DNA from: Dictyostelium discoideum
Lineage: Eukaryota
Assembly: GCA_000004695.1 (NCBI GenBank)
Contig: CM000150.2
Coordinates: 1,248,001 to 1,312,000 of the forward strand
Length of the DNA: 64,000 bases
Direction of reading: 5' to 3'
Below the pieces are notes generated by a model. That model saw only the letters and a list, made by a program, of their open reading frames with translations. It had not been told where the DNA came from and made no database searches. Positions 14,651 to 27,542 of the stretch are shown here, piece after piece (the stretch's first letter is position 1; each line of letters opens with the position of its first letter). The translations under genes were made by a program, and so were the position numbers.

Positions 14651-14888
14651 AAAAATAGAAAAAAAAAAATGAAAAAATAAAAAAATAAAAAAAGCTTCTT
14701 AAACAAAAAAAAAAAAAAAAAAAAAATTTTATTATTATAGTTTGTTTATTTAATTTTTATTTAATTTTTTTTATTATTTTTTTTTTTTTTTTTCTAATTT
14801 AATTAATATTAATTGTGAAACTAATAAATTTATCAGAAACCATTTATATTTAATTTTTTTTATTTTAATTTTGTTTTTTTTTTTTTTT

Positions 14889-14929
<41 letters not shown>

Positions 14930-15018
14930 AAAACGAAAAAAGTTTTTTTTTTATTTTCATTTTTTTTAATTTTAAATATATAAATATTTTATTTAAAAAA
15001 AAACTTTTTTTTTAAGAA

Positions 15019-16188
15019 ATGGGTCCAAAAGGTAAAAAGAAAGGTCAATCATTTGATGATTCAGATGAAGAAATTAATAATAAAAAAGGTGGAAATAAAA
15101 AAGGACAACAATTAGAAGATGATATTCCTCAACCAGTTAAAAAGGGTGGAAATAAAAAAGGTCAAAGAGGTAAACAAGACTCTGATGATGAACCAGAAAA
15201 TATTCCTCAACCAGTAGCAAAGAAGAGTAATAATAAAAAAGGTCAAAGAGGTAAACAAGATTCAGATGATGAACAAGATGAAATTCCTCAACCACAAAAG
15301 AAAGGTGGTAAACCAGCTCCACAACCACAAAAGAAAGGTGGTAAACAACAAGATTCAGATGATGAACAAGATGAAATTCCTCAACCAGTTAAAAAAGGTG
15401 GTAAACCAGCTCCACAAAAGAAAGGTGGTAAACAACAACAACAACAAGATTCAGATGATGAACAAGAAGAAATTCCTCAACCAGTCAAGAAAGGTGGTAA
15501 ACCAGCTCCACAAAAGAAAGGTGGTAAACAACAAGATTCAGATGATGAAGAAGATGAAATTCCTCAACCAGTTAAGAAAGGTGGTAAACCAGCTCCACAA
15601 AAGAAAGGTGGAAAACAACAAGAATCTGAAGATGAAGATGAAGAAGATGAAGTTCAACAACCAGTAAAGAAAGGTGGTAAAAATGATAAAAAGAAAGGTG
15701 TTAAACATGTTGAAGAAGAGGAAGAAGAAGAGGAAGAAGAAGAAATTGAACAACCAGTTAAAAAAGGTGGTAAAGCTCCAAAACCAAAGAAAGGTGGTAA
15801 GGGTAGTAAACAAGAATCTGAAGATGAAGAAGATGATGTTCAACAACCAGTAAAGAAAGGTGGTAAAAAAGATAAAAAGAAAGGTAGTAAACATGTTGAA
15901 GAAGAGGAAGAAGAAGAAGAGGAAGAGGAAATTGAACAACCAGTTAAAAAAGGTTCAAATAAAAAAGATCAAAAGAAAGGTGGTAAAGGTAAACATGTTG
16001 AAGAAGAAGAGGAAGAAGAAGAAGAAGAGGAAATTGAACAACCAGTAAAAAAAGGTTCAAATAAAAAAGATCAAAAGAAAGGTGGTAAAGGTAAACAACA
16101 ACAAGAATCTGAAGATGAAGAAGAGGAAATTCAACAACCAGTAAAGAAAGGTGGTAAAAAAGATAAAAAGAAAGGTAGTAAACATGTT

Positions 16189-16220
<32 letters not shown>

Positions 16221-16424
16221 AGAAATTGAACAACCAGTTAAAAAAGGTGGTAAAAAAGATAAAAAATCAAGTTTGGAAGATAGTATGTCAGAACTTTCAA
16301 TTAAATCAAAGAAAGGTGGTAAGGGTAAACATGTTGAAGAAGAAGAAGAACAAGAACAAGAAGAAGAAGAGGAAAAACCAAAATCAAAATCAAATAAAAA
16401 AGATAAAAAGAAAGGTAAACATGT

Positions 16425-16457
<33 letters not shown>

Positions 16458-18447
16458 AGAAAAACCAAAATCAAAATCAAATAAAAAAGATAAAAAGAAA
16501 GGTAGTAAACATATTGAAGAAGAAGAAGAAGAAGAAGAAGAAGAAGAAGAAGAAGAAAAAGAAGAAGAAGAAGAAAAAAAAATGACATTAGCAGAAATTA
16601 GAGCAGCAAAAAAAGTTAAAAAAGTTGATAAAAAAGAGAAAAAGAAAGAAAAAGAGAAAAAGAAAAGAGATGAACAAGAAGAGGATGCATTCGAACTTGC
16701 AAAAAAGAAACAACAAGAAGAGATTGATTATGATAATATTGATATTGATGATGTACCAGGTAAAGATGCACCAACCTATGTTCATTTGAAATCATCAGAA
16801 GGTTTAAGAAGTAAAATTGGTAATGATATTAAATTTGATAATTTAATACTTTCAGTTCCAGGTAGAATTTTATTAAATAATGCATCACTTACACTTGCCT
16901 ATGGTCAAAAGTATGGTTTTGTTGGTAGAAATGGTATTGGTAAATCAACATTGGTTAAAAAGATTGCAATGCGTGATGAAATTACCATTGCACCACATCT
17001 TCGTGTATTGTATGTAGAACAAGAGGTAACTGGTGATGATACAACTCCATTGGATTGTGTATTGGCAGCTGATGAAGAAAGAAAATGGTTACTTGATGAA
17101 GAGAAAGTTTTAACAGAATTGGAAAAAGTTAACCCAAGTTGGCAATTTGATCCACGTCAAAAGAGAAATTACTCACTTCGTGATATTTATGATCGTCTTA
17201 AAGAGATTGATGCCGATAAAGCATCGATTAGAGCTGCAAACATTTTAATTGGTTTAGGTTTCACATTTGAAGAGATATCTGTAAAGAAATCTAGAGATTA
17301 TTCAGGTGGTTGGAGAATGAGAATTGCATTGGCAAGAGCACTCTTTTGTAAACCAGAAGTATTATTACTTGATGAACCTTCAAATCATTTAGATTTACAT
17401 GCTTGTGTTTGGTTAGAGAAATATTTAAATCAATGGGATCGTACATTATTGGTTGTATCTCATGAAGCTTCATTCCTTAATGAGGTTGTTGATAATATCA
17501 TTTACATTCATGATCAAAAGTTGGATCAATACAGAGGTAACTATGATGCATTTATGAAACAAAAATCTGTAAATCTTAGATCAAAAGAAAAGGAAAAAGA
17601 TAAACAAGATAGAAAATTAAAGAAAATGAATGAATTCATTACAAAGAATAAGAATAATACTCAAGCTAAACAAGCAGCATCTCGTGCAAAGAAAATGGAG
17701 AAAATTGAAACCATTGAACTTGAGCGAGAGGATGCTTCACTCGTTGTAGATTTCCCACAACCTGAACATTTAACACCACCATTATTGGTATTTAAAGATG
17801 TTTGCTTCGGTTATGAAGGTAGACCAACTATGTTTAAGAAATTGGATATTGGTATCGATATGGATTCAAAGATTGCTTTGGTTGGTATGAATGGTGTTGG
17901 TAAGTCAACTCTTATGAAACTAATGAATGGTGATCTTCATGAAACCACTGGTTACATTGAAAGAAGTAGAAAAATGCGTGTAGCTAGATTCTCTCAACAT
18001 TTTGTCGATCAATTGGATACCACTATGACACCAATCGAATATTTCCAATCGAAATTCAATAATCCACCAGTTCAACAAATTCGTAATCATTTAGGTAGAT
18101 TTGGTATTTGTAATTCCTTACCATTACATAAAATTACAACTTTATCTGGTGGTCAAAAGAGTAGAGTCATTTTAGCTGAATTAGCTTGGGCTGAACCTCA
18201 TATTCTCTTATTGGATGAACCAACAAATCATCTTGATATTGATGCTATCGAAGCTTTAGCTGAAGGTATTAATGCTTTCACTGGTGGTGTAGTTTTAATT
18301 TCTCATAATCAACATTTAATTAATTTAATTGCTGAACAAATTTGGGTTGTTAAAAAAGATGGTACAATTTATTTATATCCAGGTACTTTTATGGATTATA
18401 AAAATGAAATTTCAAGAGAAATTGATAATATGGTTATTAGAAGTTAA
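15019..18447 (+). CDS. abcF1: ABC transporter F family (ABCF1/ABC50-type) ATPase. Two nucleotide-binding domains, no TM domain, and an N-terminal Lys/Glu-rich tandem-repeat region of about 520 aa
   Basis: It is a single 1142-aa ORF. NBD1 has Walker A GRNGIGKST, the signature YSGGWRMRIALARAL and Walker B LLLDEPSNHLD. NBD2 has Walker A GMNGVGKST, the signature LSGGQKSRVILAEL and LLLDEPTNHLD. It has no hydrophobic helices. A long charged N-terminal extension is typical of ABCF1, not ABCF2 or ABCF3. The symbol is inferred from that architecture. Confidence 0.75.
15230..16565. repeat. In-frame coding tandem repeats inside abcF1. There are about 5 copies of a 90-bp unit (DSDDEQDEIPQPVKKGGKPAPQKKGGKQQ) and about 6 copies of a roughly 100-120-bp unit (KHVEEEEEEEEEEIEQPVKKGGKKDKKKGS)
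   Basis: Near-identical nucleotide units are visible directly (caagattcagatgatgaacaagatgaaattcctcaaccagttaaaaaaggtggtaaaccagctccacaaaagaaaggtggtaaacaa...). The overlapping ORFs on both strands (15137..15328, 15266..15667, 15538..15939, 15860..16048, 16151..16426, 16301..16588) are frame artefacts of this repeat. Confidence 0.8.
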
Positions 18448-18896
18448 ATAATAAATAATGAAATAAAAAAATAAAAAAAAAAAAAAATAAAAAAAAAAAT
18501 AAAATAAAATAAAATAAACTAATCACTTCTTATTCTAAAAATAAATTAAATAAAAATAAATAAAATTAAAAATAAAAAAATAAAAAATAAAAAATAAAAA
18601 ATAAAAAAAAAAAAAAAAAGAAAAAAAAGAATCTATTAACGCATTTTCATTTTGATTGTGCAAATGTTTTTTTGATTGGAAAATATCTTTTTTTTTTTTT
18701 TTCTTTAATTAACAAAAAAAAAAAAAAATCAAAATTAAAATTCTCAACCAATAATCTAAATATGTTTTAAAAGCCAATTGATTTTTTTTTTTTTTTTTAT
18801 TTTATTTTATTTTTTTTTATATATTTTCTTTTTTTTTCTATATATTTATATATTTTTTTTATTATTTATATTTTTTTTTTTAAAATTTATAATAAA

Positions 18897-19655
18897 ATGA
18901 AATTAATATTTATTATAATTTTATTTATAATTTTTAAAGTAAAACCATTTTTATCAAATAATTTATCAACTAGTGAATGTAAAATTACATTTGAAATAAT
19001 TAAAAATAAATAAAAAAATAAAAAAAAACTAAAAAAAAATAAATTTTAATAAATAAATAAAATAAAAAATAATTATAATAATTTTTAGATAGTTGTGCTA
19101 ATGATATTTCAGAATTTTTAATAGATACAACATTTATTTATAATGGTACATATGGATATGAATTTTGTGAGAATAAAAATTTCTTTTGTAATGGTGATAG
19201 TGTTGTTAGAATTAATTTTAATGGTTCAGATTCATTTGGAGTAACATATTTAAATTGTTTTAAACAACTTTCTTATTTGTATGGTATTATAAGTTTTTTT
19301 ATAATTTTTATTTTTTTTTAATTAATAAATTTTCCAAACTAATATTTAAAAAAAAAAAAAAAAAAAAAGAAAATTAGATCATTCAAAAATGCCATTACAT
19401 TTTTTTAGTACATATATAATTTCACCAATAAATGAAATGTAAGATTAATATATTTTTTTTTTTTATACTAATATTTTTAAAAAAAAAAAAATTATATATT
19501 AACCAAAATAAAAAATAGTTTTATAAATGAACCATCTAATGATATATCATTTTCAAATGTAATATTAAATCCTTCAATTAAAATATTGTAAGTTTTTTTG
19601 TTTTTTTTTTATTTTCATAATAAATTAAAATTTTAAAATAATAAAATTAATTCAA

Positions 19656-19709
<54 letters not shown>

Positions 19710-22700
19710 GTAATTTTATAGGAAAATCACCATCAACTATGAATTTTAATTTTTCTTCATTTAGTGATGTTCAAAATTTAACAATTAAATATATTGGTTC
19801 AGATCCAAATTGGACATATTATAATGATTTAACGTCAAGTAAAACAATGTCAAGTTGGACTATAGTATCTTCAAATGTCCCATCTTTTAATTTAATGAAA
19901 ATTAATTTTTTGTAAATATTTAAATTTATTTTTTTTTTTTCATATTTTTTATTTTTATATTTATTTATTTTTTTTTTTTTTATTTTTTTTTTTTTTTTTT
20001 ACTAATTTTTTTTATTTTTTTTATTTTTTTTATTTAGAAACATATTTTTAACAAAACAATATTCAGAAACAAGTAAAAATAATTATATAACATTTAAAGA
20101 TATTTCAATAGTTAAATTTGAATTATTTAATATTTCAAATTCATTTGAAATTCAATTCCCTGTTGAAATTTTTAATTTTGAAAGAAATTCTCAAGAAATG
20201 TAATTTTATTATTTTATTTTTACCATATAAATATGTATATATATTTAAAATTATTAATATTTTTAAAATTTTAGTGAATTTTCAATTCCATTTTCAAAAG
20301 TTCCAAATTTATTAGATTTTTCAACATTTACAAATAATAGTGGAATTAAAAAGTTAACATTATCAAATGCAGGTTTAAATTTTAATTTTAATTTAAAATT
20401 TCCATTTATAAATTTACAAAATTCATTTTCAAATATTAATCAATTGTAATTATAATTATTTATTATTATTTTTTTTATTATTTATTATTATTATTTATTT
20501 TTTAAATAATTTTATTAATTTTTTATTTTTAATAATTTACACAAAACAAAAAAGTTCATTTAATAATGGTAACTTTAATAATATACCAGATTTATCAATT
20601 TTTGGAATGTCAATTTCAATATTAGATTTATCAAATAATTTAATTAGTGATACACTTCCAGAATTTGAAAGAAGTAAAACAAATTTAAAACATATAAATT
20701 TAAGTAAAAATAATATTACTGGAATAATACCAAGTTCATGGTGTGAAATAGAAAATATTGATTTAACAAATAATAATTTAAATGGTGATTTACCATTATG
20801 TTTTTCTGTATGTATAATTTTTTTTTTTTTTTTTTTTATAATCATTTAAAAAAATGATAATTAACCACTACTTTTTTATTTTTGAAAATGAAAAACAGTG
20901 TTTTTATTCAATAAATTCAAATCAATTTATTAATAATCCAAATTTAATTGTACCAACAACAACAAATAAAATTAGTTATTGTAAAACTTCACCAAATTTG
21001 ATATTTAATAATAATGATAATTGTTTTTATTTTTTTGGATTAGATTTAGGTTCAAAAGTTTATTTTAAAACAAATCAAGATTTTATTTTTGCAAATGATT
21101 GGGAAATTATAATTCCAAATAAAAAATTTAAAAATTGTATTAATAATGAAACTGTATTAAATGACTTACCAACATTATTTGAATTTTATTATCCAAGTAA
21201 TGGTAATAATTTTACATTATCAACTGAAAGAAAGAATCCAATTATTACAGAAGTTCAAATTCCATCTAGTTCATTACCTGGAACTGTTATATTCATTGGT
21301 TCTTATTTTTCATACAATTCATCAATTATTAATATTTTAGTAAACGGGTATCAATGTTTAATAGAAGTTTCCAAATTTAATTATTTATTATGTAAAACTG
21401 ATATTGACGCAATAAATGAAAATAAATATATATTTTCAATTATAACAATTGAAACAATATCGTCAACACGGATTTCATTTATTCCAACTATTGAATCAAC
21501 TAAAATTATACAATGTAATGAATCATGTTTAGAAAATCAATTTTGTGCTAACGATATTGGGAAATGTAAATGTTTGGATGGCTATTTCGGTAGTACGTGT
21601 AATGGAATCGTACATTTTGTTTCAAGTGTTGATTCAGTTGATAGATTAGGTGGTATTGTTACATTGTATGGTGAATTTGGACCAGTTCATGATAATGCTT
21701 CTATTGAAATCGGTAATTTACTTTGTGAAATAATTGAAATTAATAATTATCAAGCTTTATGTAAATTAAATAGTTTTCCTGAAAATTCTTTAAAAATTCA
21801 ATTATTAAATTTCACACAAAATAATTTAATTTGGATATCAAATGAAATTTATCATATTCGTGAAACAATTTTAAATTGTCCAAATGATTGTAACCAATTT
21901 TCAGAATTAAAATCTGGTATATGTAATAAAACTATTGGTTTATGTAATTGTAATATTGGTTGGACAGGTTTTGATTGTAGTAGTAGTATTAATGTTAATT
22001 CAAATTCATCATCAATAAAACCAAATACAACAATAGATAATAATGGTACAACAACGATTTCTTTAGATTTTTTAAATTTTCAAATTTTAATTACAAAATT
22101 ATCTGAAATTAAATTTGATAATTCAATTTATAAAACTTTTAATCTTTTAAATAATTGGAATGTTTTAATTGATAATAATAATAATAATAATAATAATTTA
22201 TATAAATTTCAACAAATTATACCAGGTAATAGAGGTATTATTGAATTTACAATTGAAGAATCAACTAATGATAAAGAATATGAATTTATTGATACAAAAT
22301 ATAAACTTGAAAAAGGTTCAATTAAAATTTCAATTAATATTACAAATTACCAATTTAATAATCAATTAAATACATTACAATTGGAAATTGAAACAAAAAT
22401 AAATGATTATTATTATAATAATAATAGTAATTATAATAATTGTAATAGTAAAAAAGAATCATTAGAAACTTTTAATCAACAACAATTAAATTATATAATA
22501 ATTCAAAAAGATAAAAAACAATTATATGGTCGTTTTATTAATAGAATTTTATCAAATGGTAAACCAACTTTAATTGATACAAAATCAATTAAAAATTCTG
22601 ATAATACTTCAATTACTTTATTAATGTCAATACCACATTGTACAAAATCTTGTATTATTGATCCTGGTAAATATATTATTTTATTTTATTTTATTTTTTA

Positions 22701-23012
22701 ATTTATTATTATATTAATATTTTTTATTTTTTGAAAAAAAAAAAAATAAAAAAAAAAAAAATAAAAAAAAAAAAAAAAAAAAGATTTTTCAGCATTATTA
22801 TCAATTGATCATAAATCATCATGTAAAACTGATAGTGATGGAAATATTATAAATGAATCAGTTGATAAAGGAGTACCAAAAACAACAATAATTGCTGTTA
22901 TTATTTCAATTGTTGGCGTAGCAACCATATTTGGTATTGGTTTATTAATATATAGAAAGAAAAGAGTGGAAAATGAATTAGCTATAAAATTAAAAAATGC
23001 TCAAAAAAAATA
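18897..23012 (+). CDS. Type-I membrane LRR / IPT-like / EGF-like receptor-like protein, paralog 2, about 11 exons. The last large exon is 20918..22669 and the terminal TM/tail exon is ~22786..23012
   Basis: It starts with a signal-peptide exon (MKLIFIIILFIIFKVKPFLSNNLSTSE | GTAAAA, same phase and position as paralog 1). Several small exons have LRR character (e.g. ILDLSNNLISDTLPEF..LKHINLSKNNITGIIPSSW..IDLTNNNLNGDLPLCFS | GTATGT). The large exon carries IPT-like and two EGF-like modules (CNESCLENQFCANDIGKCKCLDGYFGSTCNG; CPNDCNQFSELKSGICNKTIGLCNCNIGWTGFDC) and the family motif SIPHCTKSCIIDPG | GTAAAT. The final exon encodes a TM helix (TIIAVIISIVGVATIFGIGLLIY) and a basic tail RKKRVENELAIKLKNAQKK before the stop at 23010..23012. 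Confidence 0.6.
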
Positions 23013-23527
23013 ATTTTTTTTTTTTTTTTTTGTTGTTTTTTCAAAATATTATAATATAACCAAAATAATATAAAAAAGAATAATAAAAAATATCTTTCTA
23101 TAAAAAACAACAGGTTTTATTTTTATTTATATGGGGACACAAAAATAAACCACCCAAAAATACACAAAAAAAAAAAAAAAAGTTTTAAATCAAAAAAACA
23201 ATTACTTTTTTTTTTAAAATATTTTGACAGGATGTAAAAATTTAAGAATATTTTTATTTATTTTTTAAAATAGGACAATACCTAGCAGTTTTGTTTTTTT
23301 TTTTTTTTTTTTTAATATAAAAAAATTAAAAAAAAAAAAAAAAAAAAAAGTATAAATTTAAGGTTAAAAGTTAAACTTTTAAATTAAAAAAAAAAAAATA
23401 AGAGTTAAAACAAAAATAAAAAAATAAAATAAAAAAAAAAAATTAAAAAAAAAAATAAAATAAAATAAAATAAAATAAAATTAAAAATTATTTTATTAAT
23501 TTATAAGTTTTTATAATAAATTTAAAA

Positions 23528-25446
23528 TGAAATTAATATCAGTATTAATTACATTTTTATTAGCTACAGTGATTTATTCACAAAGTAAAAAAAATTTTAC
23601 AATTTGATTTTTATTAATTTTATAAACTAAATTTGAAACTAATTAGCCAAACAAATTTTTTTTTTTTTTTTTTTTTTTTTTATTTCTTTAATTTTTTTTT
23701 TAAAAAAATAAAATTAGCCAGTCCAGCAACTTTAAAATTTACTGTTCAAGTTTATGATCAATTCCCAGGTTTTAATAATAATTTTGAACCTGGATTAGGT
23801 AATGCTATTACCGGTTTAATTAAATCAACTTTAAATTCAACATCGCGTGTACCTGAATTGGTTTCAACAGAAGCTCGTATTGTTAAAAATATTAATGGTG
23901 GGATTATAAACCCATCATTATTCCCATACTTTTTCAGTCCACAACAAGATTCAAGTTTACCAGGTCAAAATTCACCATTAAGTCTTGATTTAATTTTCAC
24001 ATATGATACAACTAGAAAAATTTATGTTTATGATAATCAAAACTTTTTCCCAAGTAAGTAAATAAATTATAATAATTTTATTTTTTAAAAATTTTAATAT
24101 TGATTAAATTTTAATTTAATATTATAGTTGATAATCAAGGTTTTGATGTTGATCCAGCAAAAAGAATTTATTTAAATGAGAAAAAAACATATCATAATTA
24201 TCATTTTTGTATGAAAATGAATACTGTTTTTACTTATAAAGGTTATGAAGTATTTAATTTCCGAGGTGATGATGATGTTTGGTAAGTAATTATTTAAAAA
24301 AAAATATATTTTAAATAATTAATAATATTAACATGATTTTTATTTTATTTTTTATTATTTTAATTATTATTATTTTTTTTATTTTTTTTATTTTTAAAAA
24401 AAAAGGGTATTTATTAATAATAAATTAGTTATTGACCTTGGTGGTTTACATAGTCCAATTGGTACAAGTGTAGATACAATGACTTTAGGTTTAACAATTG
24501 GTAATTCTTATAATTTTGATCTATTCTTTTGTGAACGTCATACTGGTAAGTTTTATTATTTTTTATTTTTTTTTTAAAAAAAAGGTAATTTTATTTTATT
24601 TTATAAATATTTATAAAAATTATTTTTTTAGTTGGTAGCACAATTAAAATTGAAACCAATTTATTATTTTATTGTCCATTTAAAGATTATTGTGGAGTTT
24701 GTCAAGGTGATGGTAGTTCATGTTGTAATCCATTAACAACTTGTAATGATAATAATCAATGTACAATTGATTCATGTCCATCAGCAAATACAATTATTGG
24801 TCCAGGTTCAATCCCTAATTATTGTTTTCATACACCAAAAATTAATACAAATCCAATTGATATTTGTTTCAATTATCAATGTAATTCATCAACTGGTAAT
24901 TTCGATCCAATTCCAATTCCATGTCTTGATAGAAGTTCTGAATGTTTATCAACAATTGGTTGTAATTCTACTGTTGGTTGTCAATATGAAAGTATTTGTA
25001 ATTCAAATGTTTGTAATATTCAAAATCAATGCTCATCAAATGGTACTTGTGTTCCAAAATCATCAAATGACTGTGGAATTGAATTAGATGGTCAAGTTGA
25101 TAAATGTAAAATTTATTCATGTGATTCAAATGGAGGTGTTGGTTGTATTAAAGAAGATAAATGTAAACCAAGTAGTAATCCATGTATTTCAACTCAATGT
25201 AATGCTACTAACGGTCAATGTTATGAAACTCAAATTCCAGGTGATATTTGTGATTGTGGTTGTGGTATTCCAGAAAATAAATGTAAAGTATCATGGTGTA
25301 CACCAGAAGGTATTTGTCAACCAAAATTCAAATCTGAAATTGATGATAATAACTCTTGTACATTAGATTCATGCGATCCATGTACTGGTATTATCTCTCA
25401 TATGACCGCACCACAATGTTTAAGTTGTAATCAATGTTCAAATTAA
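23528..25446 (+). CDS. psi-family secreted protein (PA14 domain plus Dictyostelium-type Cys-rich repeats), copy A, 5 exons (approx 23528..23585, 23718..24056, 24128..24281, 24407..24548, 24641..25446)
   Basis: It has a signal peptide ([19 protein letters not shown]). Exons 2-4 carry PA14-like motifs ([53 protein letters not shown]). The last exon holds about 10 Cys-rich repeats (C.IDSC..., CNS..C, ...[17 protein letters not shown]...). All introns are phase-consistent GTAAGT..AG. It resembles the PsiA-like family; no specific member is assigned. Confidence 0.65.
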
Positions 25447-25640
25447 TTTTTAAAAAATAAAATAAAAATGAGAAATAATTAAAATAATTAAAACAAATAA
25501 ACATTAAAATGATATTTAGGTTTTAAATTTAAATTCTAAAATCACTATTAATTCTAACAATTTTAATCATTTTTATTTTTTTAAATATTTTTAAAAATTA
25601 AAACCATAATTAATAATTATTTTTTTAATTAAATAATATT

Positions 25641-25870
25641 TAACAAGATGTGACAAGAATTGAAATTTTTGGCACAATTTGGTCAAGTCACTAATTAAAG
25701 TTACCCCATCATGATATTTTTTAGGTGAGATGTGGGGTGGGATTGAATTAAGGGTTGTAAGACAGTTTTTTTTTTTTTTTTAATTTGATGGTTTTTTTTT
25801 TTTTTAACTTAAACTTTTTTTTTTAAGTTGGGAAACCCATAAGTGGGAAAAAAAAAAATTAAGAAAAAAA
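25641..25870 (+). promoter_or_regulatory. Conserved non-coding block with a G-box-like core (gagatgtggggtgggattgaattaagggttgtaag), about 140-370 bp upstream of psi copy B. It is duplicated at 31071..31260 upstream of copy D
   Basis: The block runs about 90% identical to 31071..31260 (tgtgacaagaattgaaattttt...gtcaagtcactaattaaagttacc[c/t]catcatga...gagatgtgggg[t/a]ggg[a/g]ttgaatta[a/t]gggttgtaaga). This G-rich island sits in otherwise poly-A/T DNA. G-box/CA-rich elements bound by GBF are established activators of post-aggregative Dictyostelium genes. A truncated third copy of the 5' part lies at 27561..27620. Confidence 0.4.
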
Positions 25871-25941
25871 ATAAAAAAAAAAAAAAAAAATTGATAATAA
25901 TTAAATTATTTTAAATTGGTTTATTTAAAGCACAGTGATAG

Positions 25942-25974
<33 letters not shown>

Positions 25975-26008
25975 GATTATTTATATCAAACTAAATAATA
26001 TATATATA

Positions 26009-26884
26009 ATGAATAATAACTTATTATCAGTATTAATTACATTTTTATTATCTACAGTGATTTATTCACTAGGTATAATTTTACAATATTATTTTTTTAA
26101 AAAATTATTATTTTATAAACTATTTTTACTAATTTTTTTTTTTTTTTTTTTTTATTTTTTTTTTTTTTTTTTTTATAAAAAAAATTAGCTAATCCAGCAA
26201 CTATAACATATTCTGTTCAACTGTATGACCAATTCTCAGGCTATAACAATAATTTCCAAACTAATGTAACTGGGGCTAGAGTTACTGGTTTAGTTAAATC
26301 AACTTTAAATTCAACGACTCGTGTACCTGAATTAGTTTCAACATCAAATGGTGGTTTAAATGATGCAGGTCATATTTTGAATCCATCATTATTCCAATAC
26401 TTTTTCAGTCCACAAATAAATTCAAGTTTACCAGCTGAAAATAATCCTTATTCTTTTGATTTAGTTTTCACATATGATAAAAATAGAAATACATATGTTT
26501 ATAATAATGAAGATTTTTTCCCAAGTAAGTAAATAAATTTTAATTTTTAATAAAATACAAATTTAAAATATTAATAAAATAATATAGTTGATCGTAAAGG
26601 TTTTGATATTGACCCAGAAAAAAGAATTAATTTAAATGGTGCAACCTATCATAATTATCATTTTTGTATGAAAATTAATTCTGCTTTTACCTATCAAGGT
26701 TCAGAATATTTCAATTTCCAAACTGACCATGAAGTTTGGTAAGTAATTGTTTTAAAAAAAAAACTATAAAATTATAAAATCAATAATAAATAATATTTTA
26801 AGTGATAAATATTAATAATATAATTTTTTAATTATTTATTAATATTATAATTATAATTTTTATATTTTTATTTTTATTATTACT

Positions 26885-26929
<45 letters not shown>

Positions 26930-27386
26930 ATTTTAATAGGGCATTTATTAATAATAAATTAGTTATTGATCTTGGTGGTATACATGGTCCAATAGCTGAA
27001 AGAATTAATACAAAAACTTTAGGTTTAACTATTGGTCGTATATATAATTTTGATTTATTCTTTTGTAATCGTCAAACTGGTAAGTTATATTATTTAAAAA
27101 AAAAAATAAAAAAAAAAAAAAAAAATAATATAAAAAAAAATTTTTTTTGAATTGGATAAATAATGTAAAAAATAAATTAAACCATAATTTTTAATTTTTT
27201 TATTTGTATTTTTTTTAATTTTTACTATTTTTATAAAACTAATTTTACTATATAATTAATTTTTTTAAAAAAGTTGGTAGTAAACTTAAAATTGAAATAG
27301 ATATAACTTATTCATGTCCATTTAGAGATTTTTGTGGAGTTTGTTTAGGTGATGGTAGTTCTTGTGCAGGTGGAAGAATTAAATAA
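26009..27386 (+). CDS. psi-family PA14-domain protein, copy B. It is truncated (PA14 only) and ends after ..[17 protein letters not shown], with the Cys-repeat tail missing
   Basis: It keeps the same 5-exon layout as copy A ([22 protein letters not shown] | GT..; [24 protein letters not shown]..; [51 protein letters not shown]; [28 protein letters not shown]; [31 protein letters not shown]). The frame hits TAA at 27384..27386, where copies A and C continue into about 270 codons of Cys repeats. The downstream sequence is unrelated and GC-containing. It may be a functional short isoform or a truncated pseudogene. Confidence 0.5.
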
Positions 27387-27509
27387 AGTCTATTCCTGTA
27401 GATTCATAAAAGAAATTATTATCGGGGTTGGAAAGTTAGTAAAAATTTGAAAAAAAATTCTTTAAAGGGCTACGCCTTAGGAAATAGACCTAACAAGCCA
27501 CCAAAGATG

Positions 27510-27542
<33 letters not shown>

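Noticed and set aside
15137-16588. Multiple ORFs of 60-133 aa on both strands overlapping the abcF1 N-terminus (15137..15328 minus, 15266..15667 plus, 15538..15939 minus, 15860..16048 plus, 16151..16426 plus, 16301..16588 minus)
   Set aside because: They are alternate-frame and antisense readings of the GAA/AAG-rich tandem repeats. They give low-complexity K-rich or F/L-rich translations and lie wholly inside a single well-supported 1142-aa ABCF ORF.
25822-25832. Match to the Dictyostelium upstream sequence element of pol-III/snRNA-type ncRNA genes (ACCCATAA)
   Set aside because: The 60-70 nt downstream is pure A-rich spacer with no structured RNA candidate. The duplicated copy at about 31228 has a degenerate motif. 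It is probably fortuitous.
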